Source: an uncultured Lachnospiraceae bacterium (GTDB lineage Bacteria; Bacillota; Clostridia; Lachnospirales; Lachnospiraceae). From it: a stretch of DNA of 64,000 nt. Positions 56,187 through 64,000 of the stretch are shown here, piece by piece (position 1 is the stretch's first letter; each line of letters starts with the position of its first letter). The stretch is from positions 881 to 64,880 of the forward strand of contig CALZOU010000001.1 of NCBI GenBank assembly GCA_945827805.1. Direction: 5' to 3'. The notes beneath the pieces were generated by a model, which saw only the letters and a list, made by a program, of their open reading frames with translations, was not told where the DNA came from and searched no databases. The translations under genes and the position numbers were made by a program.

Positions 56187-56215
56187 AGTATATCACACTC
56201 AGCAGCGGCTGTCAT
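56187..56215 (-). promoter_or_regulatory. SigA-type promoter of lepA with extended -10
   Basis: Minus-strand ATGACA, 17-nt spacer, TATACT, with TG at the extended -10 position. Confidence 0.6.
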
Positions 56216-57531
56216 GCACCTTGTAACAGTTTATGCAGCACATCTGCCAGAGGGATCATGGCATTTTTTGCTTCCTGCACGGTATTGGTCTGGGCCCCCA
56301 CCTCTACCAGCATGGAACGGGGCAAAAGATCCAGATTGTATCTGTAGGCTTTCAGATAAATGCACCGGCTAAGCGAAGGATAATAATAGTCGCACAGGTA
56401 CTCTGCCTGAAAAGAAAAGGCCAGATTTTCCTGTATGTAGGGATTGGAAAGTCCGGACAGATTTCCCACCGTTTTTTTATAACTCATTCCGTTAAAAAAC
56501 ATGATCTGCGCAGTGGGCCGGCCATCGATCGTGGTCACCAGCCGTTTGCTCTCCGGCACACCATCCCGGTGAATATCCAGGATCACCTGAATAGACGGAT
56601 TCTCCTCCAGGACTCTCTTGAGTTTTTCTCTCGCAACAGAATAAGCCTTATTGCGGTCAACCCCTCCTCCGATCAGGTCAAAGGTATCTGTCAGATGCAG
56701 CACCTGATATCCTTTCTCTGTCAAAAGCTGTGAAAGATACGTTCCCACCCCGACAATCGTCGTATCTGCGTCATTTTTCACAGAATCACGGAATTCCTCC
56801 TGAGAATGAGTATGGTAGATCAGAATCTGTTTCGTCCCCTTTTCTGCCTGCGAAACAGAAAAATCCGGCTGTGCCAGTTTCTCGAAGGAGATCATCGACG
56901 CATCCGCTTTGGTTACTGTATCTACGACGAAATATTTGCTGAGAAGCTCTTCTGAAGACATATATTTCTCTGCCTCTGCCAGATCTGCTACCCGAAGGAA
57001 CTGCTGTACTTGCTGCTCATCCGCTTTTTTGACACTGTCCGCAGCGTCTGTGTGCTGTTCATCCGGCACTGATGATTCTTGTGCCGCATTTTCCTCTGCC
57101 TGGCTCTGTTTATTCTCCTCTGTTTCCTGTGCTGAGCCCTTTACCTCCTGATTTTCCATGGCAGCCTGCTCATTTTCCTTTCTGATATCGCTTAATGATC
57201 CGCCTCGACCGGCTTCGATCAGCTCCTGTCTCGTGTATTCATCCTCCACGTATATCCTTGATTCTTTGCCGGAGTTCCACCCCAGAAAAGTAGCTGCCTG
57301 ATCCATCAGAAAACCGGCACTGCTTTCTTTCCTCTCTTCCGTAAGCAATGCCGGCAGATACAGTTCTTTTCCCCACAGTGCCATCTGGGCCATGGCGGTG
57401 TGCAGCCAGACTTCTTCCGGCTGTTCATACCTTGATAATACAGCCTGTCCGGCTTTCAGAAGAATCAGCAGGCCAAAAAGGAAGATTGCCAGCTTTATCA
57501 TTCGCTCTGTCCTCTTGTCCTGCTCATTCAT
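56212..57531 (-). CDS. spoIIP: Stage II sporulation protein P (SpoIIP-type amidase)
   Basis: N-terminal TM, an acidic linker, and a C-terminal domain with ILIYHTHS..E.F and DIHRDG motifs. Adjacent to gpr, as in Bacillus. Confidence 0.8.
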   Translation of the reverse strand: MNEQDKRTERMIKLAIFLFGLLILLKAGQAVLSRYEQPEEVWLHTAMAQMALWGKELYLPALLTEERKESSAGFLMDQAATFLGWNSGKESRIYVEDEYTRQELIEAGRGGSLSDIRKENEQAAMENQEVKGSAQETEENKQSQAEENAAQESSVPDEQHTDAADSVKKADEQQVQQFLRVADLAEAEKYMSSEELLSKYFVVDTVTKADASMISFEKLAQPDFSVSQAEKGTKQILIYHTHSQEEFRDSVKNDADTTIVGVGTYLSQLLTEKGYQVLHLTDTFDLIGGGVDRNKAYSVAREKLKRVLEENPSIQVILDIHRDGVPESKRLVTTIDGRPTAQIMFFNGMSYKKTVGNLSGLSNPYIQENLAFSFQAEYLCDYYYPSLSRCIYLKAYRYNLDLLPRSMLVEVGAQTNTVQEAKNAMIPLADVLHKLLQGA

Positions 57532-57574
57532 ACACTGTCTGCCTTTCCCGGCCTTATTACATAACAGTCTCATC

Positions 57575-57601
57575 ATATCTGTTCAATGTCTTCACAGATA
57601 C
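57575..57601 (-). repeat. Leader palindrome family, copy c
   Basis: Sense strand GTATCTGTGAAGACATTGAACAGATAT, 43 nt upstream of ATG 57531. Confidence 0.8.
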
Positions 57602-57610
57602 GTCTCTTAC

Positions 57611-57640
57611 AGTATATGATTACTTTCTTCCTGCTTATGC
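57611..57640 (-). promoter_or_regulatory. SigE-like sporulation promoter candidate for spoIIP
   Basis: Minus-strand GCATAAG, 15-nt spacer, CATATACT, compared with the remembered SigE pattern kmATAww ... CATACAnT. Confidence 0.4.
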
Positions 57641-57693
57641 GTCCTCATCAAAAAGTGATTCGTCCTGGCAACTATGCAACTGTTCTATCTGCT

Positions 57694-58569
57694 CTACACC
57701 GCAAACTCTTCCACAGCCATATTGACAGAGCGGGCTACGGTATCACTGAGCACCTTCAGTGTTTCGTCCACATCCTTGGGTGTCACAAACATTTCCCGAA
57801 GCTTACCGAATCCATCCGAGATTTCTTCTCCCAGTGCTTCTGCGGCAATGGTGGCCGCGTCTACTACTGTGGGAATACCGATGCCGATGACCGGTACACC
57901 CAGCGTATCCTTGTTCAGCCCTTTCCGGTCATTAAAGACTCCTGATCCGGGACATATCCCCGTATCTGTGATCTGGATGGTGCTGTTTAATCTTTTGAGG
58001 CTCCGGGCTGCAAGAGCATCCACCGCCATGATCAGATCCGGCTCTGTTTTTTTTACGATTCCCTGTATGATCTCCAGAGTTTCCATGCCCGTCTGTCCCA
58101 TTACCCCCGGAGCAATACAGCTGAGCACACAGCTCCCGCCTCCCGGCACCATATGCTTTCCGTAATTTATCGCAATATGTCGGGACACATGCAGCTGCCT
58201 GACTACTCTTGGACCCAGAGCGTCCGGTGTGATATCACGATTCCCCAATCCGACCACCAGCACGGAAGCCGGTTTATATTTTTTCAGGAAACGCAGCAGA
58301 TACCTGCACAGTTCCTGTGTCACCTCCCGGTACATCAGATCATCCTCCGGGTCGGGATCGGGAATTTCCATAGTAATATAGGTACCTTTTGGCTTGTGCA
58401 GCCGCTTTTCTCCCTCACTGCTGACTATTTTTACAATAGTTGTCTGTACTCTTCCGAGGGGATGATTTTTTTTCTGTACTTTAACTCCGGGAATGTCACC
58501 GTTTGCTTTTCGGATACTTTCCTGGCTTTCAAGAGCCAGGTCCGTACGAATGCTTTCCTGATCGATCAT
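57694..58569 (-). CDS. gpr: Germination protease (GPR endopeptidase)
   Basis: N-terminal IRTDLA.E, GLGN...TPDALGP and the C-terminal TP.DID region. Confidence 0.9.
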   Translation of the reverse strand: MIDQESIRTDLALESQESIRKANGDIPGVKVQKKNHPLGRVQTTIVKIVSSEGEKRLHKPKGTYITMEIPDPDPEDDLMYREVTQELCRYLLRFLKKYKPASVLVVGLGNRDITPDALGPRVVRQLHVSRHIAINYGKHMVPGGGSCVLSCIAPGVMGQTGMETLEIIQGIVKKTEPDLIMAVDALAARSLKRLNSTIQITDTGICPGSGVFNDRKGLNKDTLGVPVIGIGIPTVVDAATIAAEALGEEISDGFGKLREMFVTPKDVDETLKVLSDTVARSVNMAVEEFAV

Positions 58570-58626
58570 AGTCTGTCCTTTCCTTACGTTTTATTTTATT
58601 TTTTACAGATTTTCCCGGATTATGTA

Positions 58627-58655
58627 TTGACAAAACAGGTTTTATTCACTAGAAT
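58627..58655 (+). promoter_or_regulatory. SigA promoter of rpsT
   Basis: TTGACA, 17-nt spacer, TAGAAT. About 100 nt of leader containing a CAGCAG/CTGCTG hairpin. Confidence 0.65.
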
Positions 58656-58753
58656 AACAGGGTATGTTTACAGCAGATTCGTGTCGGCTGCTGTGATCTG
58701 AGACAATCTATTACTATTAATGAATTTATATATCCATTTGGAGGAATTTTATC

Positions 58754-59017
58754 ATGGCAAATATCAAATCCGCAAAGAAAAGAGTACTGGTAAGCAGAGC
58801 TTACGCTGAGAGAAATAAATCTATCCGTTCCGCAGTTAAGACTGCTATCAAGAAAGTTGAAGCTGCTGTTAAGGCCGGTGACAAGGCTGCTGCTGCTGAG
58901 ACCCTGAAAGCTTCCGTTTCTGTTATCGAGAAAGCCGGAACAAAGGGTGTTTACCACAAGAACAATGTTGCCCGTAAGGTTTCCCGTCTGAGCAAGATGG
59001 TTAGCGACATGAAATAA
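58754..59017 (+). CDS. rpsT: 30S ribosomal protein S20
   Basis: MANIKSAKKR...N...RS..KT N-terminus. 87 aa. Confidence 0.95.
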   Translation: MANIKSAKKRVLVSRAYAERNKSIRSAVKTAIKKVEAAVKAGDKAAAAETLKASVSVIEKAGTKGVYHKNNVARKVSRLSKMVSDMK

Positions 59018-59033
59018 TTTTTGAAATGTATTA

Positions 59034-59069
59034 AGGACAGTCATTCCGTCAGTGACTGTCCTTTTTTTG
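59034..59069. terminator. Terminator between rpsT and holA
   Basis: AGGACAGTCA / TGACTGTCCT stem followed by T7. Confidence 0.75.
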
Positions 59070-59092
59070 TTGCATTCTCTGGTTTTCTATGG

Positions 59093-60079
59093 TTATTTGG
59101 GGGCTGTGCTGTAGCGGACGATCAGAAGTTCGACGCTTAGGGTATCTGTAATGCGTCCGCTTTTTACGTCCTCCTCCATGTTGACCATGGTTTCTACGGC
59201 TTTTTTCAGTTGTTTGGCGGTGTATTTCTGGGCTATGGGGATGGCTTTTCGGATGATGAAGGACTGCATGCCGAGTTTTTTGGCTATGTCGTCGGTGCCC
59301 AGGTGCTGCTGCATCATTTCTTTTACCTGTAACAGGATATTGTACTGTCTTGCGATCAGGAAAAGGATACGCATGGGTGGTTCTTTAAGTTCCAGTAAAT
59401 CGTAGTAAAGATTTAATGCCTGTTTCTGGCGGCGTTCGGTGATGGCTTTGACCATCTCGAAGATCTGGTTTTCTGTCTTTTCTGTGGTGATGGCCAGGAT
59501 GGCTTCTCTGGTGATCACTTCGTCGTCGGCGCAGTAGCAGATCAGTTTTTCCAGTTCGGAATGGATCCGGCTCATATCGGTGCCGGTACGGCTTAGGAAC
59601 AGCTCCATATCCTGTTGGGTGATTTTTTTGTTTTCCTGTTTCAGCTGGGTCAGTACCCAACGCATCAGGGTGCTGTCGGTCTGTTTTTTGAATTCGGTGG
59701 CACGGCCGTTTTTTGTCACTGCTTTGTACATGCGGCTTCGCTTGTCCACTTCTCTCTCACAGAATACCATGACCAGATACTCCGGAAGCTCTGCCAGATA
59801 TTCCGGAAGTTTTTCGCATTTGTTTTTGAAAAAACCGCTGTCTTCAATATAGATCACCCGGCGGTCAGAAAAGAACGGCATGGTTTCTGCCAGATCAATG
59901 ATTTCTGCCGGATTGATGTCTTTTCCCGAAAAGATGGAATAATTCATGGTATCTTCGTCCGGATTGAGTGCTTTGAGCAGCCGGTTTTTGTACTGCTGCC
60001 GCAGATAATCCTCTTCGCCGAATAACAAATATACCTGTTTCCAGTTTCCTGACTGAATGTCTTTCTGCAGATCTTTCAT
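59093..60079 (-). CDS. holA: DNA polymerase III delta subunit
   Basis: N-terminal VYLL.GEE.YL and the delta-subunit length. Lies between comEC and rpsT, as in Bacillus. Start behind AGGAGG. Confidence 0.85.
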   Translation of the reverse strand: MKDLQKDIQSGNWKQVYLLFGEEDYLRQQYKNRLLKALNPDEDTMNYSIFSGKDINPAEIIDLAETMPFFSDRRVIYIEDSGFFKNKCEKLPEYLAELPEYLVMVFCEREVDKRSRMYKAVTKNGRATEFKKQTDSTLMRWVLTQLKQENKKITQQDMELFLSRTGTDMSRIHSELEKLICYCADDEVITREAILAITTEKTENQIFEMVKAITERRQKQALNLYYDLLELKEPPMRILFLIARQYNILLQVKEMMQQHLGTDDIAKKLGMQSFIIRKAIPIAQKYTAKQLKKAVETMVNMEEDVKSGRITDTLSVELLIVRYSTAPK

Positions 60080-60153
60080 AGCCGCCTCCTTTCTCACATA
60101 CGATACCTGTTTTCTTTCTTTTTGTCAATCCGGGGATGTTTTCTATTGACATG

Positions 60154-62328
60154 TCATAGAAAATTATCTTTTCCTGAATACTCATGGACTAAAATACCCT
60201 CTTTTTTTATCTCCAGCGTGATCTGCCCACTTTCCATCGTATTAAACAATACACTTCCTGCCTGTTTCAGTCTTTCCACGGTCTCTTTATGGGGATGGCC
60301 GTAAGAATTTCCTGCGCCACTGGAAATCAGAGCTACAGAAGGTCTGGCTTTTTTCAGCAGTTCCTCTGAGGTGGAGTATGCCGACCCGTGATGAGCTACT
60401 TTCAGCACATCACAGCGGATATTCTCCCGGCAGATCTGCGTCTCTCCTTCTCCTTCCAGATCCCCGGTAAAAAGCATACTCAACCCTTCTGTTTTCAGCA
60501 GAAAGGTCAGTGAACCCGCATTGGCGTTTTCTTCATAATCTTCTGTATCCGGGTGAAGAACATATATTGCAGACAGACCAAACGTAAACTCGTCTCCTTT
60601 TTTTGCATAGGTAACCGGGATATTCTGCTGATCTGCTATATTTCTTAATTCCTCCCATGCCTGACTGTTTCTCATCCAGTATGGCACCGTGATCCCTTCT
60701 ATCCGCGAGGAAAGTTCTCCCGTTTCTGACATTTTCAGAATCTCGCTTAATCCGTTCATATGATCCGCATCCGGGTGGGTCAATATGATGCTGCTTATCT
60801 TTCGGATCCCTCTGTAACGCAGAAAGGGTACGATCCTGTACTGACCGGCTTTGCTGACTGTGGTACTTCCTCCATCTACCAATACAGCGCTGCTTCCCTT
60901 CTGGATCACCAGACAATCACCCTGCCCCACATCCAGCATAGTTACCGTCAGAGACGATGGCAGCCTTAAAATCAGCAGCAGCACCAGCATGCCTCCGAAT
61001 ACTCCTCGAGATAGAGCCACCCATCTTCCCTTTTTGTACTTACACTGCAGATACAAAAGCCCCGACAGGCCCATACCATACAACAGAAGCTGCCAGTTGG
61101 GTGGTCTGCCCACCAGTAATGAGCCACAGGGTAAATATTTCATCAGCTGGCAAAGTTTTGTATACAGCCGTAAAAGCAGCCCCACCGGATACAACAGCAC
61201 TTTGCCTGCCAGAGGTGCTGTCATTCCCGTCACTCCTCCCGCCAGGCCTAAAAACAAGATTGCCCCAAGGGGTGGCAGGATCAGAATATTCAGTAAAATC
61301 CCAACAAAAGATACTTCATAATAAAAGCAGGCGGTAAACGGCAGCATACATAACCAGAAATACAGAGAAAATGTCCTTTTTTCCACTTTTAGAAGTTTCA
61401 ACACCCACAGGAAAAAGGCAGCCCCAAAGGATAAAAGGAAACTGCTGTCAAAGATATACAGCGGATTTTCGCAAAGCACCACCAGAGCAGACAGGGAAAG
61501 TGCTGTTGGCTCATCGCAGGTCCGTCCTGCACATTCCGCTCCCCGGCGAAGCCAGAACATAAACACAGCTCTCTGTGCCGATACGGAAAATCCCGTCAGC
61601 AAAAGATAAAAAAGCAGGAAACCACAGGACAGCGCAGAAGCTTTTGAGATTCCCATTACTTTTCGCAGCAGCCGGTACAGCCCCATTCCCAGTAGAGAAA
61701 TATGGATACCGGAAATAGCAAGGATATGGGAAATACCATTTTTCTGATACAGCCAGCGGACTTCATCATCCAGATCACTTTTATCCCCCAAAAGCATGGT
61801 CTTCATGATCCCGCTCTCCCTTTCCGAAAGTGCCCGATCGAACTGTTCAGCCATATTTTCCCGTAATCTCCGGGCAAGTTCCGGGAGCCATGATACCGTA
61901 TGATCTGTTACTGTAACGTGTGAAGCATTCATCTGTATATCTACATGTCGGATGCGGTAATATGCAAAGGCGTCAAATTGTCCCTGGTTTGTCGCCTTTT
62001 TGGGCAGAGACACTTTTCCCAGAGCGCAGACAGAATTTCCCACGCAGATATTAATCGGTTTATCGTATGAAATTGTACTGTTTTGCAGTGAATATTGGTT
62101 CGAACGAACCACAAGAATTGAATTTTTAAGATAAAGTGTGCAGCCTGTACTGTTTTTCTGTATCCGGTACAGCTGACCGTACAGTCGGCCCTCTGTACCT
62201 TTTATTATCATCTGACTAAGCTCTGACGGCATCTTTTTCTGCCAGGGAACCGGCAGTCCGGATACCGTCAAAAGCACCGTCATCAGAATAAAGCAGCAGC
62301 ACAGCACACACAGCGGTCTTTTTCGCAT
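60154..62328 (-). CDS. comEC: DNA internalization competence protein ComEC/Rec2
   Basis: Polytopic competence domain plus a C-terminal metallo-beta-lactamase domain (THPDADH ... KVAHHGS). Confidence 0.9.
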   Translation of the reverse strand: MRKRPLCVLCCCFILMTVLLTVSGLPVPWQKKMPSELSQMIIKGTEGRLYGQLYRIQKNSTGCTLYLKNSILVVRSNQYSLQNSTISYDKPINICVGNSVCALGKVSLPKKATNQGQFDAFAYYRIRHVDIQMNASHVTVTDHTVSWLPELARRLRENMAEQFDRALSERESGIMKTMLLGDKSDLDDEVRWLYQKNGISHILAISGIHISLLGMGLYRLLRKVMGISKASALSCGFLLFYLLLTGFSVSAQRAVFMFWLRRGAECAGRTCDEPTALSLSALVVLCENPLYIFDSSFLLSFGAAFFLWVLKLLKVEKRTFSLYFWLCMLPFTACFYYEVSFVGILLNILILPPLGAILFLGLAGGVTGMTAPLAGKVLLYPVGLLLRLYTKLCQLMKYLPCGSLLVGRPPNWQLLLYGMGLSGLLYLQCKYKKGRWVALSRGVFGGMLVLLLILRLPSSLTVTMLDVGQGDCLVIQKGSSAVLVDGGSTTVSKAGQYRIVPFLRYRGIRKISSIILTHPDADHMNGLSEILKMSETGELSSRIEGITVPYWMRNSQAWEELRNIADQQNIPVTYAKKGDEFTFGLSAIYVLHPDTEDYEENANAGSLTFLLKTEGLSMLFTGDLEGEGETQICRENIRCDVLKVAHHGSAYSTSEELLKKARPSVALISSGAGNSYGHPHKETVERLKQAGSVLFNTMESGQITLEIKKEGILVHEYSGKDNFL

Positions 62329-62331
62329 ACT

Positions 62332-63258
62332 TTACTCCTGTATCAGATCTGTATTTCGGGTCAGATACTGGCTGAGATCAATGCCGTCTCCCAGCACAAA
62401 CTTTGTTTCACCATTAATGGAAATCTGTACTTTCTGTGTTCCTTCCAGCTCCAGAAGCGAATTTACCAGAGAATATACCATGATATTTTCCGTCACCTGG
62501 GGTGTGACGTTCAGAAAAGCGTCATTCAGGTTCACATAGACTATGCCATCTGCCAGGGTAACATTCAGTATTTTGAGATCTGTCGGCATGGTACCCATCA
62601 GCTGCGTATTTATTGGCCCTTTCAGTAAAAGCTCGACGACTTCCCTCTCTTTTGGGACACTGGCACTGTAATAGACTTTCTGTTTTTCCGTCACCAGATG
62701 TTTACCGTCACTGTCTGCAAAGTACAACGTAAAGGTGCCATACTGATACGCGTCGATCTCCCTTCCTTCTGCCTCCACAAAATCATCTGCAGTCATCGCC
62801 GGCAGCTCTTTACCGTCCGCTCCGATACGCGCCTGACCATTGATCAGGATCTGCACGCTGTCCACGCCCTCGATCTGGTTAAAGCTTTTTACCAGACCGG
62901 CTCTTGTGAGGATTTCCCGTGTCTTTTCCAGCCTGCCATATTCAGAAGACATATCCAGAACCACCTGGCTGTTTTCCAGCCGGTATTCCTGAATGGAGAC
63001 ATTCTCCGGCAAAATCCGCAGTTTGTATTTGCCATTTTCCTGATTCTTCAGGTTTTCCACTACTGCGGTTACCTGCTCTGCAGTCTGGGTTTTGTCCGTA
63101 TTAAATCTGTCTGGGATCAGTTTCGTTCCTTCCTCATTGACATAATACTGTGACAATCCATCCTGCAGGTCATCTTTATCGCTTCCCGGAAATGAACAGC
63201 CGGAAAACAGACAAATAAAGGAAAGCAGCACTGCCAGGTATCTGTATTTCTTTTTCAT
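62332..63258 (-). CDS. GerM-domain lipoprotein
   Basis: Lipobox LFSGC. Two repeated GerMN-like modules, the second ending in a V.I..NGE-type strand (VQISINGE). Confidence 0.65.
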   Translation of the reverse strand: MKKKYRYLAVLLSFICLFSGCSFPGSDKDDLQDGLSQYYVNEEGTKLIPDRFNTDKTQTAEQVTAVVENLKNQENGKYKLRILPENVSIQEYRLENSQVVLDMSSEYGRLEKTREILTRAGLVKSFNQIEGVDSVQILINGQARIGADGKELPAMTADDFVEAEGREIDAYQYGTFTLYFADSDGKHLVTEKQKVYYSASVPKEREVVELLLKGPINTQLMGTMPTDLKILNVTLADGIVYVNLNDAFLNVTPQVTENIMVYSLVNSLLELEGTQKVQISINGETKFVLGDGIDLSQYLTRNTDLIQE

Positions 63259-63273
63259 TTTATCCGCTCTCCT

Positions 63274-64000
63274 TTACTTACTGTAATTCAGCGGGATCCG
63301 AACAGAGAATCGGGTTCCTTCGCCTACTTTACTGTAGACTTTGATAGCTCCATGATGCATCATCACCGCACTTCTGGTAATGGCAAGTCCCAGACCGGTG
63401 CCTCCGATCTCACGGGAATGAGATTTGTCTACGCGATAAAATCTCTCAAAAATATGATCGATAGAATCCTCAGGGATTCCCATACCGGAATCTTCCACTA
63501 CCACATAAAAGTATTTCTGATCTGCATTCAATGACACACGCACCCAGCCGTCTTCAATGTTATACTTTATGGCATTTTCCACCAGATTGCTGAAAGCCAG
63601 AGTCAGCTTCACCTCATCGATCTGTGCATATACCGGTCGGAAGCTGTCCACCAGAAGACGTATATCCCGTTTTGCCGCAATGGGTTTTAACCGTTTCAGT
63701 ATCAGTTCCAGCATATCGTTGATGTTTACCACGTCAATGTTCAGATCGGCAGCCTTCTTGTCCATTTTTACCAGCGACAGCAGATCTGTGATGATCTTAT
63801 TCTCACGATCGATCTCTTCGCCTATATCCTGCATAAATTCCTGATACAGTTCAACGGGCACATTTTCCTGTCCATTAAGAGAATCTGCAAGCACCTTCAT
63901 AGAGGTCAGTGGTGTCTTTAACTCATGGGACACATTGGATACAAACTCCTGTCTGGATTCATCCAGTGTTCTGACCCTTTCAAGCATACTGTTAAAGGCA
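63274..64000 (-). CDS. Sensor histidine kinase, C-terminal part (5' end lies outside the window)
   Basis: HisKA H-box FVSNVSHELKTPL. HATPase N, G1 and G2 boxes (N.I.Y, DSGMGIP, GGTGLGLAI). The frame stays open to the window edge. Confidence 0.85.
   Translation of the reverse strand, partial: AFNSMLERVRTLDESRQEFVSNVSHELKTPLTSMKVLADSLNGQENVPVELYQEFMQDIGEEIDRENKIITDLLSLVKMDKKAADLNIDVVNINDMLELILKRLKPIAAKRDIRLLVDSFRPVYAQIDEVKLTLAFSNLVENAIKYNIEDGWVRVSLNADQKYFYVVVEDSGMGIPEDSIDHIFERFYRVDKSHSREIGGTGLGLAITRSAVMMHHGAIKVYSKVGEGTRFSVRIPLNYSK

Noticed and set aside
60098-60153. Additional leader-motif copy upstream of holA (AAACAGGTATCGTATG)
   Set aside because: It shares only ACAG and a TATCG-like segment in a different register. 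It has no left arm and no GAAGGTACTGA core.

Overview
This is a gene-dense chromosomal core segment of a spore-forming Firmicute, and the gene content looks Clostridia/Lachnospiraceae-like. About 90% of genes are on the minus strand. All protein calls rest on motifs read by eye from the ORF translations; no database search was run.

Gene content in window order:
- A partial histidine operon (hisZ-G-D, a 205-nt gap, then hisB-I).
- recU, lepB, rRNA and tRNA modification genes (RluA-type, RsuA-type, RsmF-type, rsmD) and a YgiQ radical-SAM protein.
- A small alarmone synthetase, a ylbJ-like gene, mgsA and an alpha/beta SASP.
- An alanine/glycine symporter, an L,D-transpeptidase, recG, a DAACS transporter, ldh and an SDR.
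- A four-domain flavodiiron-rubredoxin protein.
- A MacB-type ABC pair whose permease is 1127 aa.
- A YesL/AraC/URO-D-like trio.
- Two identical tRNA-Leu(CAG) genes in inverted orientation around a PAP2 phosphatase gene.
- PBP1A, lspA-like, a zinc-ribbon protein and clpX.
- cdaA-cdaR followed by a His15-less HPr-like gene, then two unknown membrane proteins.
- comFC, recD2, mreB, uvrA, hemW, lepA, spoIIP, gpr, rpsT, holA, comEC, a GerM-like lipoprotein and a partial histidine kinase.
- The comEC-holA-rpsT-gpr-spoIIP-lepA-hemW order matches Bacillus synteny.

I saw no CRISPR array, transposase, integrase, prophage or recognisable defence genes.

The observations most worth a second look:
1. An orientation-locked 26-nt imperfect palindrome that recurs in 5' leaders of unrelated genes.
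2. A perfect 178-bp inverted duplication of a tRNA-Leu plus terminator module. The PBP1A reading frame runs into it without a stop codon.
3. A Crh-like HPr paralog placed after cdaA-cdaR, where B. subtilis has glmM.
4. Several smaller repeat and palindrome families in intergenic DNA.
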